Shown: positions 58,856 to 64,000 of the stretch, in pieces
How the letters are laid out: every line of letters starts with the position of its first letter
How positions within the stretch are numbered: the first letter of the stretch is position 1
Assembly (NCBI GenBank): GCA_038727095.1
Contig: JAVYWK010000004.1
Span: 1 to 64,000 of the forward strand
DNA length: 64,000 bases
From: Thermofilaceae archaeon
GTDB taxonomy: Archaea; Thermoproteota; Thermoprotei; Thermofilales; Thermofilaceae
Direction of reading: 5' to 3'
Made by a program: the position numbers and the translations under genes
Notes under the pieces: model-generated
What the model was told of the DNA's origin: nothing
The model's database searches: none
What the model saw: only the letters and a program-made list of their open reading frames with translations

Positions 58856-60377
58856 GTTTTCTCCCCCTTCTGAGGAGAATGAAGCCGAGCGCGGCGACGA
58901 CCAGGACGATTATTATCGCCCACGGCACGCTGCGTGGGTTCTCGCGCGCGTTCGTCGCGGGTGGCGCCTCCCTAACGACCACTGAAATGTCCCTTGAAAC
59001 CGTTATCTTCTCCCCGTAGTACCCCTGGTAGGTGATCGTCGCCCTGACGGTGTACAGGCCAGGCTGAGCGGCGCGGAGGGAGAAGGGGACGGCCGTCGGC
59101 GTGTAGGGGCTAAGCTGTCCGAGGAACTGGCTGACGCCCCTGAGCGGCACCAACCCCTGCGGGGGTGTAAGCGTGACATTGACGCCGAAGATGGGAGCCG
59201 AGCCCAGGTTCATCAGGGTTAACGAGATCGTAGCGATCGCCCCGGCGGCGGGCTCGGACGGCGTGACCTCTATCGATGTTACCTCCACTCTGGCGACCTC
59301 GAGGGCTACGAAGCTGAGCGAATCCCTCAGCACCTTCAGGTTCCCATCGCTGCCGATGTAGGTGAGCGTGTAGGGGATGGACCTAGCCCCCCTCTCACCG
59401 TAGGGGACCTTCACCTCCACCTCCGCTCTAGCTTCGCTGCCCGGCGCCACGTCGCCGATGTGCAGGATTGCCGGCTCCACCGAGACTGCCGAGCCGGGCT
59501 GCGACCAGATGTAGAGCGTCGCGTTCCTCGCGGTGTCGCTACCGATGTTCCGGACGACGATCGACGCGCGAGTTGTGGAGGCTGTCGGCAGCGTCTGTGG
59601 CTCCAGGTAGACGAGCAGTGCCCCGGTGCCGGCTACGAGCGCGTACGTGAGCGCCCTCTCGGTGTACGAGCCTGTGGAATCGACGTAGCTGAGCGTGATC
59701 GTCAGCGTCACGGGGTTGGAGAGGGGGAGCAGCTGGAAGGTTAGAACACTCGATTCCCCAGCCTTCAGTGGGCCGAAGCGGGTTCTCAACGGGCTGGCCG
59801 CTCCCAAGGGTGCGGCTCCTGAGGGGGTGAGGGAGAGCTCGAGCCACTCGACGGTGGAGCCCCTCCCGTTGGTGATGGTTAGGGTCACGTTGGAGGCCAC
59901 GCCCAGCGTCAGGCTCGCAGGGGTAACTGACACCTCTATGAGGGGCTCGAAGGGCGGGTTCAGGGTGATGCTGAGGGAGGCGGAGCCCGGTATGCGGTTG
60001 ACGATGACGCCCGTCGCCGCCTGTCGGGCTGTCGAATCGTAGTAGACGAGGATGCTGAGCGTGCAGAGTTTGTCATCGGTGAACCTCAAGGCGACATCCA
60101 TGCTCCTAGCTGCGCCGGGCGCGAGCGCGCCGAGAGGGATTCTATCAACGCCCACAAGCTGGCAGCTGCCGTAGCTGCGTACGACAGCCTCCGAGTTCAG
60201 CAGAGTGTCACCGCCGTATGCCGCGATGGAAAGCCTGGCGACGCCAACGTCCCCGGGCTCGACGGGCCTTCTGACCCATGAGAGTGAGATGAGTGAGAGC
60301 TGAGGTTGAGCCATTGAGATGGCCGTGAAAGCCAGGATCGCTGCCGCCATGAGAGCCGGTGCAACCTTCGTGAGCAC
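58842..60377 (-). CDS. COG1361-like S-layer domain protein
   Basis: Repeated Ig-like units (VRNIGSDTARN, LMNLGSAP), signal peptide, C-terminal TM. Confidence 0.8.
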   Translation of the reverse strand: MLTKVAPALMAAAILAFTAISMAQPQLSLISLSWVRRPVEPGDVGVARLSIAAYGGDTLLNSEAVVRSYGSCQLVGVDRIPLGALAPGAARSMDVALRFTDDKLCTLSILVYYDSTARQAATGVIVNRIPGSASLSITLNPPFEPLIEVSVTPASLTLGVASNVTLTITNGRGSTVEWLELSLTPSGAAPLGAASPLRTRFGPLKAGESSVLTFQLLPLSNPVTLTITLSYVDSTGSYTERALTYALVAGTGALLVYLEPQTLPTASTTRASIVVRNIGSDTARNATLYIWSQPGSAVSVEPAILHIGDVAPGSEARAEVEVKVPYGERGARSIPYTLTYIGSDGNLKVLRDSLSFVALEVARVEVTSIEVTPSEPAAGAIATISLTLMNLGSAPIFGVNVTLTPPQGLVPLRGVSQFLGQLSPYTPTAVPFSLRAAQPGLYTVRATITYQGYYGEKITVSRDISVVVREAPPATNARENPRSVPWAIIIVLVVAALGFILLRRGRKRESS

Positions 60378-60408
60378 GCGGGGATCGCTGGAGGGCTGGT
60401 TTTGTGCT

Positions 60409-60888
60409 TTATGGTGGCCTCCTCAAGCTGAGGGCTAGGAGCACCAGGATCGCCACTAGCAACACCGCTAAGCCGAAATCGAGCACGAGCGACAGCGACT
60501 CCGCCGCGGCGGTGACGGCTGCCGTGACCGGTAGAGCGAGCGCGGCGACCCCGGTCACCTGCTCAAACTTCCTCCTCAAGTAGCCCAGGTTACGCGCCGG
60601 GCCCGCCCTAGCCACCAGATCCCCTAGCTCCGCAAGGTACAGTGACGCGAGCGTCAGCAGAGCAGCTTGAACCAAGCTCCGTTCCAGGCTCATCGCGACG
60701 AGGGTGGGTAGCTGCAAGGCGACGGCCAGCGCTACGAGTGTTCGAGACCGTCTCAGCAGCGCCAGCGCGAAGATGGCGGCCGAGAGGAGGGGGGCAGGCG
60801 CCGTCTGGGGGTGGGAGAGGCTCAGTAGGGTTGAGAGGAGGATCCAGGACGCCACGAGAGAGGCGCGCACGAGATCCAGATTCACCAC
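60409..60888 (-). CDS. Multi-pass membrane protein in the MoxR operon
   Basis: Highly hydrophobic; overlaps the DUF58 gene. Confidence 0.7.
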   Translation of the reverse strand: MVNLDLVRASLVASWILLSTLLSLSHPQTAPAPLLSAAIFALALLRRSRTLVALAVALQLPTLVAMSLERSLVQAALLTLASLYLAELGDLVARAGPARNLGYLRRKFEQVTGVAALALPVTAAVTAAAESLSLVLDFGLAVLLVAILVLLALSLRRPP

Positions 60889-62138
60889 CCCCCTCTAAGA
60901 GCCCGGCGCCTCGACGCCTTGAGCAGGAGTGCGCCCGGGGCCCAGTCGACGACGCGGCAAACGCCGCTCAGCTTGACTATGAGGCTCGTCCTCTCCACCT
61001 CGAGGATGCGCTGCGCTGCACTACCATCCCCCCTGAACGGGTTGGGGGAGATGACGAGCACGGAGTACTTCGGAGCCAAGTTGAAGATCGAGATGGCGAT
61101 GTTACTGTCGAGGAGCGGGCTGATGACGATTAGCTCCGCGTTGGGCTTCAAGAGGTAGGGTGCGAGCATGTTGAGAGCGTAGTCGAGCGGAGCCGGCTCG
61201 CCGGCCTCCAGCCTCGTCAACTCGTAGAGGACCCTATCCAAATGCCTCCTCCCAAAGCCCGGCCTGACCCACGAGGACTCCCTGCCCCTCGTGACGAGGC
61301 CCACCCTGTTGCCGGACCTCAAGAGGCTCAGCGCTAGGGAGGCGGCCAGCGAGACCTCTGCTTCAACCACCTCCTCAACGGTGGCGGGGTCGAGGACCCC
61401 GAGGAGGCCGGCGTCCACGACGAGCAGCACGTCTGTAACCCTCTCCTCTACCTGCTCGTTGACAAGCAGCTTGCCCAGCCTGGCGGAGGCCCTCCAGTTC
61501 ACCCTCCGCAGCTCGTCCCCCGGCGCGTACTCCCTCACCCCGTAGAACTCGTAACCCCTACCGCTGCGCCTCGAAGCCACCTCGCCGGGCCAAACGCCAG
61601 TGTAGCTGGCGGCCAGCTTGATCCCCTTCGTGCTCATCAGCTTCGGCAGGGCTACGACCTCGCTCGGATCGGAGGCGACGCTCTCCTCGACAAACAGGCC
61701 GAGAGCATCGCTGAAGACCGCGAGCGTGGGGCCGAGCTGGTAGAAGCCCCTCTTCGGCAGCAGAACCTCGTACTCGAGGCTCGCCCGCTCCCTGAGGTTG
61801 AGCAGGAAGGTCGACCCTCCCCCGACGATTGGCGCGGTCGACGGCTCCCGCAGCTCCACGAGGCACGGCTTGTCGCTTGCCACCTCCAAGCGAACCTTCA
61901 CTCTCTCGCCCGGCATCGCCCTGGTCCTCTCGACGACCCTCGAGACTTTAACGCTGGCCCGCTGGGTGAATAGGCTTGAGAAGCCAACCATCAGCGCCGC
62001 CGGAACGGTTAGGGCGATCGGCCTGAAGTCCCTCATCAGGATTGCGGAGGTTATCAGGGCTAGGATGAGAGCCACGTAGAGCAGCGCCTTTGCGGTCGGC
62101 CTACAACCCCTTCGGGACGGGGACCGCGTTGAGGACAT
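60882..62138 (-). CDS. DUF58 (vWA-like) protein
   Basis: EFYGVREYAPGDELRRVNWRASAR. Confidence 0.9.
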   Translation of the reverse strand: MSSTRSPSRRGCRPTAKALLYVALILALITSAILMRDFRPIALTVPAALMVGFSSLFTQRASVKVSRVVERTRAMPGERVKVRLEVASDKPCLVELREPSTAPIVGGGSTFLLNLRERASLEYEVLLPKRGFYQLGPTLAVFSDALGLFVEESVASDPSEVVALPKLMSTKGIKLAASYTGVWPGEVASRRSGRGYEFYGVREYAPGDELRRVNWRASARLGKLLVNEQVEERVTDVLLVVDAGLLGVLDPATVEEVVEAEVSLAASLALSLLRSGNRVGLVTRGRESSWVRPGFGRRHLDRVLYELTRLEAGEPAPLDYALNMLAPYLLKPNAELIVISPLLDSNIAISIFNLAPKYSVLVISPNPFRGDGSAAQRILEVERTSLIVKLSGVCRVVDWAPGALLLKASRRRALRGGW

Positions 62139-63051
62139 CCCTGATCACGCTCTCCGGCTCGACACCCTTCACCCACTGCTCCGCCCTGAGGACGAGCCGG
62201 TGGGCTAGAGCTTCGACGGCAAGCTCCTTCACGTCATCGGGGATCACGTAGTCCCTACCCGCCACCGCAGCCCTCGCCCGCGCCAGCTTCATCAGGATCT
62301 CAGCGCCCCTCGGGCTCACGCCCACCTCCACGCGGGGGTGCTGCCTCGTAGCCCTCACGATCGCCACGATGTAGCTGAGGATGGACTCGTCAACGTGCAC
62401 CCTCTCAACCGCCCGCTGCATCTCAACCACCTCCTCCCTTGTAGCGACCACTTCGACGCGCACCTCGTCGCTCCCCCTCCTGATCCTCCTCCGCAGGATC
62501 TCCACCTCCTCGCTCTCATCGGGGTAGCCGACTCGCAGCCTCATCGCGAACCTGTCCAGCTGCGCCTCCGGGAGGGGGTAGACGCCTTCGAACTCAATCG
62601 GGTTCTGCGTCGCAATGACGAGGAAGGGCTCCTCCAGCCTGTACGTCACGCCGTCGAGAGTCACCTGCCGCTCCTGCATTGCTTCGAGGAGCGCGCTCTG
62701 AGTCTTCGGCGGAGCCCTGTTGATCTCGTCGGCCAGCAGGATGTTGGTGAAAATGGGGCCCCTCCTCAGCTCGAAATCGCCGGTCCTCTGGTTGTAAACG
62801 TAGCTGCCCGTGATATCCGCGGGCAGGAGGTCGGGGGTGAACTGGACGCGCTTGAATTGGAGCCCCAGCGACTGCGCCAGCGTCTTCGCCATCAAAGTCT
62901 TAGCGAGACCAGGGTAATCCTCGATCAAAACGTGACCCCTAGCGAGCAGAGCCACAAGGAGCTTCTCGACTACCACCTTCTTGCCCACAATTACTTTGCC
63001 AACCTCACCTAAAACTCTCACACAGATTTCGCCAATCTCCCGTACTTCCAT
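62101..63051 (-). CDS. moxR: MoxR-family AAA+ ATPase
   Basis: HVLIEDYPGLAKT, RVQFTPDLLPAD, ADEINRAPPKTQSALLEAMQE, LPEAQLDRF. Confidence 0.95.
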   Translation of the reverse strand: MEVREIGEICVRVLGEVGKVIVGKKVVVEKLLVALLARGHVLIEDYPGLAKTLMAKTLAQSLGLQFKRVQFTPDLLPADITGSYVYNQRTGDFELRRGPIFTNILLADEINRAPPKTQSALLEAMQERQVTLDGVTYRLEEPFLVIATQNPIEFEGVYPLPEAQLDRFAMRLRVGYPDESEEVEILRRRIRRGSDEVRVEVVATREEVVEMQRAVERVHVDESILSYIVAIVRATRQHPRVEVGVSPRGAEILMKLARARAAVAGRDYVIPDDVKELAVEALAHRLVLRAEQWVKGVEPESVIRDVLNAVPVPKGL

Positions 63052-63401
63052 CCCGTCGCCCTGTAATAGAGCTTTTTAAAACATTCAGCAACCCTAAATG
63101 CAAGCGGCAGGGGTCGTTAAGCTGACATTCTTTCTTAGAATCTAACGCTAACATCTAAAAACTAACATTTAACTAAGTTTTACTAATCTATGACAACTAA
63201 CATTATCCTTTTTATAAATAGATACCAAACCTAACAAGTATGTTATACATCTAACACGTACAGTATTTTTAACCAATTGTTTCCTTTACTTAGTCTTTAC
63301 TTTAAAAGTAAAAGTTTACATTGAAAATTAGAGTAGAATAGCTGTCCATCAGCATAGAAAATTGAATTTCAAGTAGATATTTTGTCACCATATCATCCTA
63401 A

Positions 63402-63969
63402 TCAATCCACGTAAGTTTTACAATTTAAACAATACTGTCGATTAATTAAACGTAAAATGACAACCTGTGCTCCACATTTTGGGCAAATCGAACGATTAGA
63501 CGCGGTACGTGCCAGACTGGAAGACTGCAACGCCACTGGCATCGAAACGGAAGGTGCCTTCGGAGGCCCGCTTAGAAGTAAAGAGTAGCTCGCGTGGAGC
63601 TCCTCGTCCAGCATGCGAAAAGAAAACGGACCAACTCTCCAGAAGCCTGCGAAAGTCAGCGAACCTTTCGACAGATAGGGAATCGGATCGTGCTATAGCA
63701 AGCCTATAAATAGCGATCAACTTGTCGATTTCAGCTTGAAATTCATCCATTGAAATCGTACTTCTTCTAGCTAAGCTTAACCGCCACTCATTCAGCATTC
63801 GCGCAAAGATATGGAGGGTTCCCCTGCTAGCGTTAGCGGTTGAGTACTTGGCAATAAACCAGTTAAATTGCGTGTTAAACAGCTTGGAAACGATACGATG
63901 AGTATCGACTACGTTGGAACTCTCAGTTCTCTCAGGCATGGTGGAATCCATCGTACAGCATAGATCCAT
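63402..63969 (-). pseudogene. Probably one frameshifted gene: helical domain, Pro/Ser linker, C-terminal zinc ribbon
   Basis: Removing one T in the TTTTCTTTT run near 63617-63625 joins WSVFF to RMLDEEL..CPKC..CLNC. Confidence 0.45.
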
Positions 63970-64000
63970 TAGTTCGTAATTAAGATTACTCTGTAATTAA

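Noticed and set aside
57192-63012. Plus-strand ORFs 57192-58160 and 62338-63012
   Set aside because: Antisense to clear ABC transporter and MoxR genes.
1-64000. CRISPR array, tRNA, rRNA, integrase or transposase
   Set aside because: I found no regularly spaced repeats, cloverleafs or recombinase motifs by eye. Short or intron-containing tRNAs and box C/D RNAs could be missed.

Overview
The window looks archaeal and resembles a Thermoproteota (Thermofilaceae-like) genome; this taxon is inferred from gene content. It has three parts. (1) About 1-39.5 kb is a defence and toxin-antitoxin island. It holds a wHTH-MNT/HEPN pair, at least six VapBC-type loci (four intact, two decayed), an ABC-type ATPase with a TOPRIM-like partner, PaREP1 and an EVE protein. 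It also holds a DUF1156 methylase-DUF499 ATPase-SNF2/DUF3883 helicase-MBL nuclease operon, a possible TGT-like TIM barrel, a wHTH-UPF0175/DUF3368 pair, and many gene scraps and short direct repeats. (2) About 39.6-50.4 kb holds surface proteins and housekeeping genes (NosD-like beta-helix, amidohydrolase, lplB/lplA, peroxiredoxin). (3) About 50.4-57 kb is an AT-rich block encoding a Hanks-type Ser/Thr kinase-FHA fusion, two membrane-anchored FHA proteins and a large single-pass surface protein. It is followed by a GC-rich MoxR-DUF58-COG1361-MacB-type ABC operon. I saw no CRISPR array, rRNA, tRNA, integrase or transposase. All family calls come from motifs read by eye, not from database searches.
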